From an uncultured Sulfurimonas sp. (GTDB taxonomy: Bacteria > Campylobacterota > Campylobacteria > Campylobacterales > Sulfurimonadaceae), in NCBI GenBank assembly GCA_964385165.1, contig CAYLNF010000001.1:6533-70532 (forward strand): 64,000 bases of DNA. Reading direction: 5' to 3'. A program made the position numbers and the translations under genes. The notes under the pieces are model-generated. The model did no database searches and was not told the origin of the DNA. It saw only the letters and a list, made by a program, of their open reading frames with translations. This document shows, in pieces, positions 38,663-50,542 of the stretch (its first letter is position 1; each line of letters starts with the position of its first letter).

Positions 38663-38986
38663 TTATTGTACAGTTGTTTGTAATTTTAGTAAAACAACAC
38701 CAAAAATTATAGATAAAACACCTATTATTTTATACCAATTCATATCTTCTTTAAAAATAAGCCAACCTAGTATTACAATTAAAGCTGTTCCCATTCCTGC
38801 CCATATTGCATATACAGTTCCAATTTCAATAAATTTTGTTGCATAGTAAACAAAACTAAATGAGATTATATATAAAACTGTAATTATGGCACTCCACACA
38901 TATGTATTTCCAAGAGTTGCTTGTTTTATTGAGAGTGTTGCTGATACTTCAAATATAATAGCAAGTACTAAGTATATCCAATGCAT
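38663..38986 (-). CDS. SMR (small multidrug resistance) transporter
   Basis: WIYLVLAIIFEV, YAIWAGMG, FKE; 4 TM. Confidence 0.93.
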   Translation of the reverse strand: MHWIYLVLAIIFEVSATLSIKQATLGNTYVWSAIITVLYIISFSFVYYATKFIEIGTVYAIWAGMGTALIVILGWLIFKEDMNWYKIIGVLSIIFGVVLLKLQTTVQ

Positions 38987-39038
38987 AAATTTCCTTTATT
39001 TACAAGATAAGCAAAATGGTAAAAATAACTTCTTAACT

Positions 39039-39965
39039 CTATTTATCTCTTTGTCTATCTAACCAAACCATAAGACCTTTTTGAGCATGAAGTCTGTTTT
39101 CAGCTTCATCAAATACTATCTTAGCATGACCTTCAAGTACAGATTCACTAACCTCTTGACCTCTATAAGCTGGAAGACAATGTAAAAATTTAGCATCTTT
39201 TTTAGCTAAACACATCATCAAATCATCAACCATAAAACCTTCAAAATCTTTGATTCTTTGCTCTTTTTCATCCTCTTGACCCATAGAAGCCCAAGTGTCT
39301 GTTGTTACGATAGTTGCTCCATGGATAGCCTCTTTAGGATCATTTGTTACTGTGATTTTAGCTCCACTCTCTCTAGCCATAGATAGAGCATCTTCTAAAA
39401 CATCACTATCAACCTCATAACCTTTTGGTGTAGCGATTCTAAGTTCAAACCCTAGTTTAGCTGCTAACATCATCCAAGAGTTTGTCATATTATTACCATC
39501 ACCTACATAAGCAGCGACGATATTATCACTAACATTATGCTCAACCATAGTCATATAATCAGCTAAAAGTTGAACAGGGTGATAAGTATCTGTAAGACCA
39601 TTTATAACAGGAACACTAGAGTAAGAAGCAAACTCCTCTATCATTGAGTGTTCAAAAGTTCTTATCATAACCATATCACACATACTAGAGATAACACGAG
39701 CAGTATCTTTTACAGGCTCACCACGACCTAGATGGATGTCACGATTTGATAAAAATAGGGCATGACCACCAAGCTGAAACATACCAGCTTCAAAACTTAC
39801 TCTAGTTCTAGTTGAACTTTTCTCAAAAATCATACCAAGAGTTTGCATATCCAACTCTTTTTTATAGATCTTATTTTTCAGATTTTTTTTGATCTCTAAA
39901 CCGATCTCAATAATCTCTAATATCTCCTCTTTAGTATAATCTTTAAGTGTTAAAAAATGTCTCAT
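39039..39965 (-). CDS. argF: Ornithine carbamoyltransferase (start at MRHFLTL)
   Basis: [31 protein letters not shown]. Confidence 0.96.
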   Translation of the reverse strand: MRHFLTLKDYTKEEILEIIEIGLEIKKNLKNKIYKKELDMQTLGMIFEKSSTRTRVSFEAGMFQLGGHALFLSNRDIHLGRGEPVKDTARVISSMCDMVMIRTFEHSMIEEFASYSSVPVINGLTDTYHPVQLLADYMTMVEHNVSDNIVAAYVGDGNNMTNSWMMLAAKLGFELRIATPKGYEVDSDVLEDALSMARESGAKITVTNDPKEAIHGATIVTTDTWASMGQEDEKEQRIKDFEGFMVDDLMMCLAKKDAKFLHCLPAYRGQEVSESVLEGHAKIVFDEAENRLHAQKGLMVWLDRQRDK

Positions 39966-40039
39966 TATTTTCCCTGATTTTATTATCTGATAATTATACA
40001 ATTAAATATATTAACTGTAATTTATAAAGTGTTAAAACT

Positions 40040-41011
40040 CTACTTTTGTAAAAGTTTTGCTACCTCTTTAGCATGGTAAGAGATGATTATATCTGCCCCT
40101 GCTCTTTTAAAAGCTACCATCGTCTCCATAACCACTCTATCGTAATCAATTAGATTATTCATACCAGCAAATTTCAACATCGCATACTCACCACTTACAT
40201 TATAAACAGCCATAGGTAGTGATGTGTTATCTTTTATCTCACGAACTATATCAAGATAAGCAAGAGCTGGTTTTACCATAAGTATATCAGCACCTTGTGC
40301 CTCATCTGAGATAGATTCGTTTATAGCTTCACGACGATTTGCTGGATCCATTTGGTATGAAGCACGATCACCAAAACTTGGAGTAGATTCTGCTACATCT
40401 CTAAATGGTCCATAATATCCTGAAGCAAATTTTGTTGAGTATGCCATAATAGGTAAGTTTTCATACCCAGCACCATCAAGAGCAACCCTTAGTGTTTCTA
40501 TGATTCCATCCATCATCCCTGATGGTGCTATCATATCTGCTCCAGCTTTAGCATGGATAATAGCTTGTTGTGCTGAAATCTCTAGTGTAGCATCATTATT
40601 TACAGTCTCATTATTCTCATCAATGATTCCACAATGCCCATGGTCTGTATATTCACAAAAACAAAGGTCTGTAACAACAAACATATCTGGATGTGCTTTT
40701 TTTATAGCTTTTATAGATGAAGCGATAATTCCATGTTCACATAAACTATCTGAACCGATAGAATCTTTTACATCAGGAATCCCAAAAAGGATGATTGAAT
40801 AGATTCCAAGTTTTTTTAGCTCACTACACTCTTTTATAACCTCATCTATACTCATCTGAAAAACACCTGGCATTGATGATACTTCTGTTTTTATACCCAC
40901 ACCACTACGGATAAAAAGTGGATAGATAAAATCATCTACACTTACTGTTGTTTCTCTAACTAATGCGCGAAGATGTTTATTTAAACGAGTTCTACGAAAT
41001 CTTTGGAACAT
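40040..41011 (-). CDS. hemB: Porphobilinogen synthase (start re-placed at MFQRFRR)
   Basis: [32 protein letters not shown]; the longer ORF would overlap ribA. Confidence 0.97.
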   Translation of the reverse strand: MFQRFRRTRLNKHLRALVRETTVSVDDFIYPLFIRSGVGIKTEVSSMPGVFQMSIDEVIKECSELKKLGIYSIILFGIPDVKDSIGSDSLCEHGIIASSIKAIKKAHPDMFVVTDLCFCEYTDHGHCGIIDENNETVNNDATLEISAQQAIIHAKAGADMIAPSGMMDGIIETLRVALDGAGYENLPIMAYSTKFASGYYGPFRDVAESTPSFGDRASYQMDPANRREAINESISDEAQGADILMVKPALAYLDIVREIKDNTSLPMAVYNVSGEYAMLKFAGMNNLIDYDRVVMETMVAFKRAGADIIISYHAKEVAKLLQK

Positions 41012-41075
41012 ACTTAAACCTTTTTTTGATATAATAATTTTATAAAAATATTTTACCCTTTTAAAGATTAATTTA

Positions 41076-41639
41076 ATGAATATAAAAATTTCAGAAGTAG
41101 CAAATTTACCATCAAGATTTGGTAATTTCAAAGTAAAAGCGTTCAAACAAGGCGAAAAAGAGCATCTAGTTATCTATAAAGAGAACCTAGAGGAGATTCC
41201 AATAGTAAGAGTTCACTCAGAGTGTTTAACTGGTGATGCTATTGGTAGTTTGAAGTGTGATTGTAGAGATCAACTAGAGTATGCTCTAAAATTAGCAGAA
41301 GAGACTAATGGTATGGTTATATATCTGCGTCAAGAGGGTAGAAATATAGGCTTATTAAACAAGATAAACGCTTATGCTCTTCAAGATAAGGGTGCCAATA
41401 CTGTTGAAGCAAACCATCAACTAGGGTTTGATGCTGATGAGAGAACTTATGAGATAGTACCTTTCATACTTCACCATTTTGGCATCTCAAAAATCAAGCT
41501 ACTAACAAACAACCCCCATAAAATCAGTTCACTTACTGATGTTGAAGTTGTAAAAAGAGTTCCTATTATTATGGAATCAAACAGATATAATGAAGATTAT
41601 TTAGATGTTAAAAAAGATGAGATGGGTCATCTTCTTTAA
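41076..41639 (+). CDS. ribA: GTP cyclohydrolase II
   Basis: [32 protein letters not shown]. Confidence 0.97.
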   Translation: MNIKISEVANLPSRFGNFKVKAFKQGEKEHLVIYKENLEEIPIVRVHSECLTGDAIGSLKCDCRDQLEYALKLAEETNGMVIYLRQEGRNIGLLNKINAYALQDKGANTVEANHQLGFDADERTYEIVPFILHHFGISKIKLLTNNPHKISSLTDVEVVKRVPIIMESNRYNEDYLDVKKDEMGHLL

Positions 41640-41656
41640 AATATAAGGGATAAATT

Positions 41657-43774
41657 ATGCCAATAGATATAAATACTGACAACTTACAAACTGCTATCTT
41701 AAAACTAAAAGCTAGAGAAGATTCTCTAAAACAATTGGAATCTATCTCTAATCTTGGAAGTTGGGAAGTTGATCTAAAAACAAATAAATCTATTTGGTCA
41801 GATCAAAGCTATAAAATCTATGGTTTAGATAAAGACAAAACCACTCCAACCTTAGAACTTTTTTTCTCTCTACTTTTTAAAGAGGATATACCAAAAGCTC
41901 AAAAAGCTTTAGATGAAGCTATGAAAACTGGTGATGTTGTAACATTTCATGCTAGAATTAAAAGAGTTGATGGGCAAAGAAGAGATGTACTTCTAAATGG
42001 TAAAGTTATATTTGATGAGAACAGAATCCCGAGTAAACTTATAGGCTCAACTCAAGATATAACAAAACAGATAGATATGCAAAGGGAAGCTAAAGAGTTT
42101 TTTCACCTCATAGAAAATACAACAAATGAGATATACATAGTTAGTTTAAAAACTTTAAAATATCTTTATGTAAATAAGGGTGCTTGTGAGGCATTAGGGT
42201 ATAGCTCTGAGGAGCTACTAAATATGGATGTTTATGATATAAATCCATACTTAACTAAGAAACAAGCAGAAGCTATGGTTAAAAAAGGTTTAAAAGATGG
42301 AAAACTTTTAAATCAAACAAAACATCAAAGAAAAGATGGCTCTATTTATAGTGTTCAATCTTTAATTCACCCTATAAAATATAAAGATGAAGATGCTCTT
42401 GTTATTTTTGATACAGATATAACAAAACAGATAGAGGATGAGAAACTTCTTAAGATTCAAGCAAAAGAGTTACATAAAAAAGCAAATTATGATCCACTTA
42501 CATATCTTCCAAATAGAACATTATTTAATGAAAAGTTACTACAAACTATATCTTTATCAAAAAGAGCTAGACAACAGTTTGCCCTACTTTTTATAGACCT
42601 CGATCAATTTAAAAAGATAAATGATACTTTAGGTCACCATGTTGGTGATATTGTACTTATAGAGGTAGCATCAAGATTAAAGAGCCTAATAGAACAAGAG
42701 GATATTTTATCAAGACTTGGTGGTGATGAGTTTACGATTATCTTAAGAGATATAGACAGCCTAAAAGTACCATCTATTTTAGCTACTAAAATTATAGAGG
42801 TTATGAAAAACCCTATACTTGTAAATAAACAAACACTTTTTATCTCTGTAAGTATCGGTATAAGTATCTTTCCTGATGATTCACAAGATAAAAATGATCT
42901 TTTAAAGTTTGCTGATAGTGCTATGTATAAAGCTAAAGATGAGGGTAGAGATAATTTTCAGTATTACTCATCTGAGATGACATCACTAGCTTTTAAAAGA
43001 ATCACCATAGAAAACAACCTAAGAATCGCCCTTAATGAAGATCAGTTTTTAGTATATTTTCAACCACAATTTAATGCTGTTACAGATAAGATAACTGGGA
43101 TGGAAGCTCTTATTAGATGGAAACATCCAGAGTTAGGCTTTATATATCCAGATCAGTTTATCCCTATCGCTGAGGAGAGTGGCCTTATTATAGATATAGA
43201 TAGAGTTGTTATGAAAGTAGCGATGAAACAGTTTAAGAAATGGTATGATGCTGGTCTAAATCCAGGGGTTTTAGCACTAAATCTAGCTATAAGACAACTA
43301 AATGAAGCTGATTTTATACCAACCTTAAAAGAGACTATGAAAGAGATAGAGTTTTTACCTCAATGGTTAGAGTTAGAGGTTACTGAGGGACAAATTATGA
43401 ATAACCCTGATGAAGCTATACTTAAACTAAATGAGATTAAAGATCTTGGGATAGGGATAGCGATAGATGATTTTGGAACAGGTTACTCATCTCTTAGTTA
43501 TCTAAAAAAACTACCTGTTGATAAACTAAAAATCGATAAAAGTTTTATACAAGATATACCTAGTGATGAGGATGATGTAGCTATCACAAAAGCTATCATA
43601 GCTCTTGGTAAAAGCTTAAACCTAAACCTTATAGCTGAGGGTGTTGAGACTAAGTACCAAAAAGAGTTCCTTATCACAAACAGTTGTGTAAATATACAAG
43701 GTTATTTTTATTCAAAACCTATACCGATAGATGAGATGGATATTTTTCTAAAAAATAACCAAACTAATATATAA
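41657..43774 (+). CDS. PAS-PAS-GGDEF-EAL protein
   Basis: [22 protein letters not shown]. Confidence 0.95.
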   Translation: MPIDINTDNLQTAILKLKAREDSLKQLESISNLGSWEVDLKTNKSIWSDQSYKIYGLDKDKTTPTLELFFSLLFKEDIPKAQKALDEAMKTGDVVTFHARIKRVDGQRRDVLLNGKVIFDENRIPSKLIGSTQDITKQIDMQREAKEFFHLIENTTNEIYIVSLKTLKYLYVNKGACEALGYSSEELLNMDVYDINPYLTKKQAEAMVKKGLKDGKLLNQTKHQRKDGSIYSVQSLIHPIKYKDEDALVIFDTDITKQIEDEKLLKIQAKELHKKANYDPLTYLPNRTLFNEKLLQTISLSKRARQQFALLFIDLDQFKKINDTLGHHVGDIVLIEVASRLKSLIEQEDILSRLGGDEFTIILRDIDSLKVPSILATKIIEVMKNPILVNKQTLFISVSIGISIFPDDSQDKNDLLKFADSAMYKAKDEGRDNFQYYSSEMTSLAFKRITIENNLRIALNEDQFLVYFQPQFNAVTDKITGMEALIRWKHPELGFIYPDQFIPIAEESGLIIDIDRVVMKVAMKQFKKWYDAGLNPGVLALNLAIRQLNEADFIPTLKETMKEIEFLPQWLELEVTEGQIMNNPDEAILKLNEIKDLGIGIAIDDFGTGYSSLSYLKKLPVDKLKIDKSFIQDIPSDEDDVAITKAIIALGKSLNLNLIAEGVETKYQKEFLITNSCVNIQGYFYSKPIPIDEMDIFLKNNQTNI

Positions 43775-43784
43775 AGAGATAAAT

Positions 43785-44369
43785 TTGATAGATTTAAAAA
43801 AAACAATCACTAATGATAAGATAGAACTACCAGATAATTTTTGGTTTAATATCCAAAAATATAAAGAGAATCTATTTAAGTGGAACAAGATTCACAACCT
43901 AACTGGTGCTAAAAGTGAGGAGATGGTGGATGAGTTTATCTATGATGCTGTTTATCCTGTAAGCTTTTTACCTAAAGTGGATACACTTTTAGATATAGGA
44001 ACTGGAGCTGGTTTCCCTGGTATGATTTTAGCGATAGCACTACCAGATACAAAAGTTACACTTGTTGAACCATTGATGAAAAGAGCTAGTTTTTTACAGT
44101 TTGTAAAAGCAGATTTGGGTTTAGATAATGTAACTGTTGTAAAAAAAAGGGTTGAGCAGATGGAACCTAAAGTTTTTGATATAGTAACATCAAGAGCTGT
44201 AACAGATACAAATATGCTTCTAAAACTCAGCGATGGGTTTCGTGATGAGAATTCTCAGCTACTTTTTTATAAGGGTGAAAAAGTTTATGATGAAGTTGAA
44301 GATAGAGAGCATAAAATCATACAAACAAAAAATAGACATTATCTACTTATGAAAGGTGATGAAAAATGA
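43785..44369 (+). CDS. rsmG: 16S rRNA m7G527 methyltransferase
   Basis: [24 protein letters not shown]. Confidence 0.95.
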   Translation: MIDLKKTITNDKIELPDNFWFNIQKYKENLFKWNKIHNLTGAKSEEMVDEFIYDAVYPVSFLPKVDTLLDIGTGAGFPGMILAIALPDTKVTLVEPLMKRASFLQFVKADLGLDNVTVVKKRVEQMEPKVFDIVTSRAVTDTNMLLKLSDGFRDENSQLLFYKGEKVYDEVEDREHKIIQTKNRHYLLMKGDEK

Positions 44370-44587
44370 TACTTAAAATTTTACTTATTGCGGCTATTAT
44401 TGCTGTTGTATATTTTATGTTTATAAAAAAGAAACCTCTAAAAAACTCTAAAAAAAGTAGTAAAAACACACCAAAAACAAACGATATGGTTGAGTGTGTT
44501 AGTTGTGGTACTTATGTGAGTATAGATGATGCTATCATTAGTGAAAATAGATACTACTGTTGTAGTGAATGTGTAGATAATAAATAA
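44366..44587 (+). CDS. PP0621 family small membrane zinc-finger protein
   Basis: TM plus [11 protein letters not shown]...YCCSEC. Confidence 0.8.
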   Translation: MILKILLIAAIIAVVYFMFIKKKPLKNSKKSSKNTPKTNDMVECVSCGTYVSIDDAIISENRYYCCSECVDNK

Positions 44588-44979
44588 TGCTATTATTTGG
44601 TCATAGATTTATAAAAAGCGAATCGTTTTACCATATTCAAGATAGTGAAGCTATAAACAATACACCACCATCATCTATGATATTTGTAGAGTTTAGTGAA
44701 GATAATTTAGATATTATAGAGTATCTAAACCTAAATGAGATTGTTTTTGCGCTAGGTGTAAAAAACATAACAGAGGTTATATATGCTTCATCACTTAACA
44801 CCTCATATATAGTGATAGATAAAAATTTAGCTATCACTACACAAAACATAGCAAACAACTACCTCTTTGATTCTAAAATCTTAGTTTCATTAGATGATGA
44901 AAAAGAGATAGAAGAGATGGCTATACTTGGTGTAGATGGTGTTATATTTCCAAATGCGATTATTAAAATAACAACTTGA
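44587..44979 (+). CDS. Conserved hypothetical protein
   Basis: Operonic after rsmG; 'AQxxAxxYLFDxKIL...GxDGVI' type motif. Confidence 0.75.
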   Translation: MLLFGHRFIKSESFYHIQDSEAINNTPPSSMIFVEFSEDNLDIIEYLNLNEIVFALGVKNITEVIYASSLNTSYIVIDKNLAITTQNIANNYLFDSKILVSLDDEKEIEEMAILGVDGVIFPNAIIKITT

Positions 44980-45473
44980 GAGTAACTTTTCTACTACTAG
45001 TATCTTCTCTTATCCTTTTTAGTGGTTGCTCCACTAGGGGAAACCCAACCTATACAAAAAGGGTTCAACAACCAAAAACCACCTATTTTAAAACAGATAA
45101 CGATTTTGTTAAAAGTGCTTTATTAAAAGAGTATAAAAAATGGAAAGGTACACCATATAGATATGGTGGTGATAGTTTTCGTGGTGTTGATTGCTCCTCT
45201 TTCATACAACAAGTTTATTATGATGCTTTTGGAATCAAGATACCTAGAACAACAAAACAACAAGCTAAGATTGGATACAGAGTTACTAAAGCCAACTCTA
45301 AAAGTGGAGATCTAATTTTTTTTAAAACTGGTTATGATACAAGGCATACTGGAATCATAGTTGAAAAAGATAAGTTTATGCACACTTCAAGTAAAGTTGG
45401 AGTAACTATATCTAGTATGTATAATCCATATTGGAGAAGTAAATTTTGGAAAATTAAAAGGGTTTTACCATAA
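44976..45473 (+). CDS. NlpC/P60 family lipoprotein (C40 peptidase)
   Basis: Lipobox FSGC, GTPYRYGG, DCSSF, GDLIFF, HTG. Confidence 0.93.
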   Translation: MRVTFLLLVSSLILFSGCSTRGNPTYTKRVQQPKTTYFKTDNDFVKSALLKEYKKWKGTPYRYGGDSFRGVDCSSFIQQVYYDAFGIKIPRTTKQQAKIGYRVTKANSKSGDLIFFKTGYDTRHTGIIVEKDKFMHTSSKVGVTISSMYNPYWRSKFWKIKRVLP

Positions 45474-45480
45474 AAAAGGG

Positions 45481-45666
45481 TTAACTATTTTTCTTATCTA
45501 AACCTACACTCACCCAATATTCAGTAAATTTTCTTGTGTAATACTCTAGTGCTTCCTCTCTACACATTCTTGATGGTATAGTGATTCTTGGTTTATTTGT
45601 AACCCAAACACCATCTTTTAATCGCATATCATACTTTATGAGATAATAATATTCACCGTATGTCAT
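45481..45666 (-). CDS. Small hypothetical protein, 61 aa
   Basis: AGAGG RBS and TGCTATAAT (-) upstream. Confidence 0.6.
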   Translation of the reverse strand: MTYGEYYYLIKYDMRLKDGVWVTNKPRITIPSRMCREEALEYYTRKFTEYWVSVGLDKKNS

Positions 45667-45777
45667 TTTAAACCTCTAACTTACTTAAATACACATATAT
45701 TTTAAGCATATACTAAGTATTAAATTGTATTTCCGTATTATAGCAGATTGATAGATAGAATCTGTAAAATTTAAAAA

Positions 45778-46530
45778 TTATTTTATATAATTTTTCTCTT
45801 TATACCTTAAAACTCTACCATTATCGTCAGCTAGATAGATATGACCACTATTATCAAAACAGATTCCCTCTTGAGCATATTTTGGTAGTTTTATTTTAGA
45901 GATAGTTTTATTGTTTTTTAGATCATACTTTATAAGTAGATTTTTTGTATCACTAACCATATATAAAAAACCGTTATGAAAAGTGATTCCAGCTATATCT
46001 ATGTAAGTATGGTTATATATATCTTTAATTTTTAACTTTTTTTTATCTAAAAGCGATACTCTCACTATAACAGAAGCATTCTCTTTTAATCTTTTTTTAT
46101 AGGTTATCTTTGATTGATTTGATAAATAAATATCTCCATTATCAACAGCAATAGCCTCAAAACCAGCACCTTTTGACTTTTTTAAAAGTTTTATACCTTT
46201 ATATGTTCGTTTTACTTTTAACTCTTTTATAATATTAAAAGTTTTAAAATCAACAACTAAAATACTCTCCCTACCCTCAACAGCTAAAAAAAGTTTTTTA
46301 GTTTTTTTATCATAATCAACACCCTCTAAATCGTAATCACCAAGATACTTTTTACGGATAGTTTTACCTTTTTTAGTTATCTCATAAAGCCAACCCTCAT
46401 CATTTACAACAACTAAACTTTTAGAATTTTCTACAAAACAGATTCCAGATGCTTCATCTATTTGTGCTATAACTTTACCACTCAAAACAGATACCACCAT
46501 AAGTAGTGATAAAATTAAAAATTTTAACAA
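45778..46530 (-). CDS. SdiA-regulated/YjiK-like secreted beta-propeller
   Basis: EASGI, DLEGV, FEAIA, QEGICFD repeats. Confidence 0.8.
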   Translation of the reverse strand: MLKFLILSLLMVVSVLSGKVIAQIDEASGICFVENSKSLVVVNDEGWLYEITKKGKTIRKKYLGDYDLEGVDYDKKTKKLFLAVEGRESILVVDFKTFNIIKELKVKRTYKGIKLLKKSKGAGFEAIAVDNGDIYLSNQSKITYKKRLKENASVIVRVSLLDKKKLKIKDIYNHTYIDIAGITFHNGFLYMVSDTKNLLIKYDLKNNKTISKIKLPKYAQEGICFDNSGHIYLADDNGRVLRYKEKNYIK

Positions 46531-47531
46531 ACCACTTCCCTTTTTATGTTAGCTTTTAATGATGTTAAAACCTCATAACTTATGGTTTTAGCAGATGAAG
46601 CGACAACTCTAGCATCATCAAAGATAAGAATCTTATCATCATTCGAGATAAATGAGCTATTATCCATAGAGATTCTACCCACAAGTTTTTTAGAATCTGG
46701 TGTTGTGTAGTTGTTTGAAAGAGATCTCAAAAAACCATCACCATAACCAAAATCGTAACTACTAACTACACAATCTTCATCAACTCTATAAGTAGCACCA
46801 TAACCGATAGCATCACCTTTTTTTAACTCTCTTGATGAGATTTTATCAGCATATAGCGATAGTACAGGTTTAAATCCAACAACCTCTAAAGGTTTAGCCA
46901 ACTCCATACAACCATAAGCACAAACACCTACCCTAGCCATATCTTCATTAAAGTCATCAAACCTAAAGAGTGATGCTGAATTTGAGGAGTGAAACCTTAG
47001 ATTTTTATAACCTAAACCTAAAACCTCATCTTTAACCTTTTTAAAATTCTCATTTTGCCAAAACCATTCACTTGTAAGTTCATCAGCACCTCTATGGTGT
47101 GTAAAAACAGCTTCTAAAACTAAACCATACTTTTTTATCTGCGATAGTGCCTCTTTTAGTTCACCCATAGCGATTCCATTTCGGTGCATCCCAGTATCTA
47201 CTTTTAGTTCAACCTTTGTATCTTTTGGGAAATTTTTTATAGAATCTATACTATTTATCGTATATCTTATTTTATGGTTTTGTGAAGTTGGAAAATCAGC
47301 TAACACTAAGATATACTCAAAATAACTCTCCACCATCAAAGCTTCATCACAACTTTGAACAACAGCCCTACTCACACCAAACTCACGAGCCATCTCAGCA
47401 ATCTCAACGATTCCATGACCATAAGCATTATCTTTTAAAACCAAAGCTATCTTATCTTTTGATTTGGTTTTATCTAAAATTATTTGTAGATTGTTAAAAA
47501 AATTAGTTTTATTTAAAATTATATTTGCCAT
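46524..47531 (-). CDS. alr: Alanine racemase
   Basis: VLKDNAYGHG, KVDTGMHRNG, GYGDG, GRISMD. Confidence 0.95.
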   Translation of the reverse strand: MANIILNKTNFFNNLQIILDKTKSKDKIALVLKDNAYGHGIVEIAEMAREFGVSRAVVQSCDEALMVESYFEYILVLADFPTSQNHKIRYTINSIDSIKNFPKDTKVELKVDTGMHRNGIAMGELKEALSQIKKYGLVLEAVFTHHRGADELTSEWFWQNENFKKVKDEVLGLGYKNLRFHSSNSASLFRFDDFNEDMARVGVCAYGCMELAKPLEVVGFKPVLSLYADKISSRELKKGDAIGYGATYRVDEDCVVSSYDFGYGDGFLRSLSNNYTTPDSKKLVGRISMDNSSFISNDDKILIFDDARVVASSAKTISYEVLTSLKANIKREVVC

Positions 47532-47618
47532 AGATGAATTATAGCAAATTGTAGAACTATTTTAAGTGATTAAGAGGTTTCTATTTGATAATATTTTATA
47601 AATTTATCAAGGATATAT

Positions 47619-49520
47619 ATGTTTTTAAAACTCTTGTTGTTTATCTCCTTACTATATTCATTTGGGTTTACAAAAACTGATGATACGATATACTCAATAT
47701 CCCCACTAAAAAATAGTTCATACTCAAAAGATAAATATTTTAACTCTATCAATCTACCAGATATTTATATAGATACACAATGTAGAAAAGATTGTAAAAA
47801 AGATTGTTGTTACAATGTTCTAAAAAATCAAAACGGACAGATAATCCGTTCATACTCAACAAACGATTATGTTGATAGTATAGCAAACAACAGATATAGA
47901 TCTAAAGCATACTTAATGTTCTCACACACTTACGGCTATGGAAAAAATCGTCAAACTAAAAACCACATAGTTGATAACAAACTAAAAGAGTACCCCACTC
48001 CAACTATAATGGATAGTTTAGCTAATGCTATCACAAAAGATGGAAAGTTAGTTCAAGTAAATAGTGATGGTATATATAAAAATAGTACAAAAATCTTAGA
48101 TTCTAAAAAGTTTGAATCTGTTGTTATATCCAATAATCCAGATGGAGATATATCTTTAGCTGGTGTAGAAAAAGATAGTAGAATCATATACATATCAAAC
48201 TTAAACAGCTGGTTAGATACAGGTATAACCTTAGCAACACATAGTGATAAAAAAGGGATCTTATCTCTGTATCCCAAAAACTCTTATGAGAGTTATCTAG
48301 TTGCTTATAACATCATAAATATCTATAACAAAGGTTTGTTAGGCTCATATTTGGATTTTTCAAAAAATATATATAAATCTGGTTGGATATATAACTCCGA
48401 GAAAAACAACATAGGTTTTGATCCTGAGATATATACTAAAAATAGTGATATAATCATCAATGCTACAAACTCATCTAAAGATAAAAGAATCTCTTTTCAA
48501 GTAACCAAAGAGCAATTTTTAAATATAGACCAAGATAAATCAAAAAGAGGTGGGTTTGAGGATGAGGAGTTTTTATCGTTTATGGCTGGTGCTGGTATAG
48601 AATTTTTGTTTTGGGATACAACTACCGAAGTATCAAAAGATGATGATTATGCTTCAAGTAAATATGATATATCAAATAGTATCTATAAAAAGCTATATCT
48701 ACAAGGTATATTTTTAGATACACAATTAGCGATTAGCTATATGAAAAATGAAGCTAAAAAAGTTGGTGGATTAACAGAAGATATAAGTGATTCTCTAAAT
48801 TTTCTTATAGATTTCAACTCTTTTATCTCAGCTTCAAATACACTTAGAATCACCTACACAACATCAAATATCAATGGTATAACAACTTTTATAGATAAAC
48901 ATAATGGTGGTGTCTCTATAACTCCCGACCTACAAAAAGAGGAGTTTAAAAGTACCATACAAAGAATCTCACTACTCATAATGGGAGAGAGGGGAATCTA
49001 TGGTGGAGTTGAATACACAAGTTTTGAGACACCATCAACCATAGGGTTTTCAGGTAGTTCTAAAAATATAGAGTATTATGGACTAGATAATAAATTTGGT
49101 ATAAAAAATGTAGAGTTTATAGCAGGTATAGATACAGCTGCTTATGCTAAAAGATATGAAACAGATTTTAGTAAATTTTACTTTCAAGGTTTAGCTGGAT
49201 TTGGTATAAGTACCTACCATATATCAGATGATTTTGAAAATAGAGTTGAAAACATATCTCATAAAAAAGTGGTAAATAGTGACTTCTCTTTTGTACTTGA
49301 TTTAGAAGCACAATTTGGTTATCTTTATCAACAGCGTTTTAAAAGTGCGAAAGGTTTAGGTTATTCGATAGATTTAGGTTTTAAAGCTAGAGGTAGCTAT
49401 ACAAGCACAGGTCAAAGTGATGATAGCGATTCTAAGATAGAGTATGATGAATTAACAATGGAGATGACAAGATACGATATTTGGTATGGACCTTATGCCT
49501 ACTTCAATATTATGTTTTAA
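47619..49520 (+). CDS. Hypothetical secreted/outer-membrane protein
   Basis: Signal peptide; amphipathic beta-rich C-terminal half ending YAYFNIMF. Confidence 0.7.
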   Translation: MFLKLLLFISLLYSFGFTKTDDTIYSISPLKNSSYSKDKYFNSINLPDIYIDTQCRKDCKKDCCYNVLKNQNGQIIRSYSTNDYVDSIANNRYRSKAYLMFSHTYGYGKNRQTKNHIVDNKLKEYPTPTIMDSLANAITKDGKLVQVNSDGIYKNSTKILDSKKFESVVISNNPDGDISLAGVEKDSRIIYISNLNSWLDTGITLATHSDKKGILSLYPKNSYESYLVAYNIINIYNKGLLGSYLDFSKNIYKSGWIYNSEKNNIGFDPEIYTKNSDIIINATNSSKDKRISFQVTKEQFLNIDQDKSKRGGFEDEEFLSFMAGAGIEFLFWDTTTEVSKDDDYASSKYDISNSIYKKLYLQGIFLDTQLAISYMKNEAKKVGGLTEDISDSLNFLIDFNSFISASNTLRITYTTSNINGITTFIDKHNGGVSITPDLQKEEFKSTIQRISLLIMGERGIYGGVEYTSFETPSTIGFSGSSKNIEYYGLDNKFGIKNVEFIAGIDTAAYAKRYETDFSKFYFQGLAGFGISTYHISDDFENRVENISHKKVVNSDFSFVLDLEAQFGYLYQQRFKSAKGLGYSIDLGFKARGSYTSTGQSDDSDSKIEYDELTMEMTRYDIWYGPYAYFNIMF

Positions 49521-49527
49521 AAGATAG

Positions 49528-50529
49528 ATGATGAAAAGATTAATAGCAGAGTTTGAGAAACAAAGTTTTACACAAATAATATTTCCACATAAAAATAGTG
49601 ATTGGTGTGAGTACCTAAAAGAGGCTGAGAGTAACTTCATAGAGATTATAAAAGCTGTCATAAAGTATCAAAAATGTTTAGTTATTTGTGCTGATAAACC
49701 TTATGTAGAATCTCTTTTTGAAGATGATAAGAATCTATTTTTTGTGGAGTATGAGGGTGATGATACTTGGGCTAGAGACTGTTCAGCTTTATCTATTGAG
49801 GATGATAAAAAAGTAAGATTACTAGATTTCACTTTTAATGGTTGGGGTGGTAAGTTTGAATCTACTAAAGATAATCTTATGAGTAAAGCCATCTCAAAAT
49901 ACTACGATTCTGAGATGGAATCTGTAAACTTTATATTAGAGGGTGGTGGTGTTGAGAGTAATGGAGTAGATACCATCTTAACAACCTCAAACTGCTTACT
50001 AAATAAAAATAGAAACAAAACTTTAACAAAAGAGCAGATAACTAAAAAACTAAAAGATATATTTGGTGTTGATGATGTTTTATACCTAAACCACGGCTAT
50101 CTAGCTGGTGATGATACAGATTCACATATAGATACACTTGCTAGATTTGTAGATAAAAGCACCATAGCCTATATAGCTTGTGATGATAAAGATGATGAGC
50201 ATTACAAAGAGTTAAAATTGATGGAGAGTGAACTACAAACAATAGCTAAAGAGAAAAAATATAAATTGGTTCCACTCCCTATGAGTAGCCCTATATATTT
50301 TGAAGATGAGAGGCTACCAGCTACTTATGCTAACTTTTTATTTGTAAATGGTGCTATCTTAGTTCCAACTTATGGTATAAAAGAGGATGATATAGCACTT
50401 AAAATATTTAGAGATAATTTTAAGAGTAGAGATATTATCCCTATAAATTGTTCCACCCTGATAAAACAACACGGCTCACTACACTGTGTTACTATGAATT
50501 TTGCTAATGGTATAAAAATTAAATTATGA
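49528..50529 (+). CDS. Agmatine deiminase / peptidylarginine deiminase family
   Basis: DTWARD, FNGWGGK, LEGGG, DTDSHID, ATYANF, GSLHCVT. Confidence 0.92.
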   Translation: MMKRLIAEFEKQSFTQIIFPHKNSDWCEYLKEAESNFIEIIKAVIKYQKCLVICADKPYVESLFEDDKNLFFVEYEGDDTWARDCSALSIEDDKKVRLLDFTFNGWGGKFESTKDNLMSKAISKYYDSEMESVNFILEGGGVESNGVDTILTTSNCLLNKNRNKTLTKEQITKKLKDIFGVDDVLYLNHGYLAGDDTDSHIDTLARFVDKSTIAYIACDDKDDEHYKELKLMESELQTIAKEKKYKLVPLPMSSPIYFEDERLPATYANFLFVNGAILVPTYGIKEDDIALKIFRDNFKSRDIIPINCSTLIKQHGSLHCVTMNFANGIKIKL

Positions 50530-50542
50530 TAGGTTTATATAT

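Noticed and set aside
41012-41146. Apparent hemB/ribA head-to-head overlap; similar N-terminal extensions on purF, tetR, dinJ and the desaturase
   Set aside because: Artefacts of longest-ORF calling; RBS-supported starts lie downstream
45671-45686. CCTCTAACTTA shared with the cassette hairpin at 16175
   Set aside because: Short match explained by the RBS of the 61-aa gene; other cassette parts are absent
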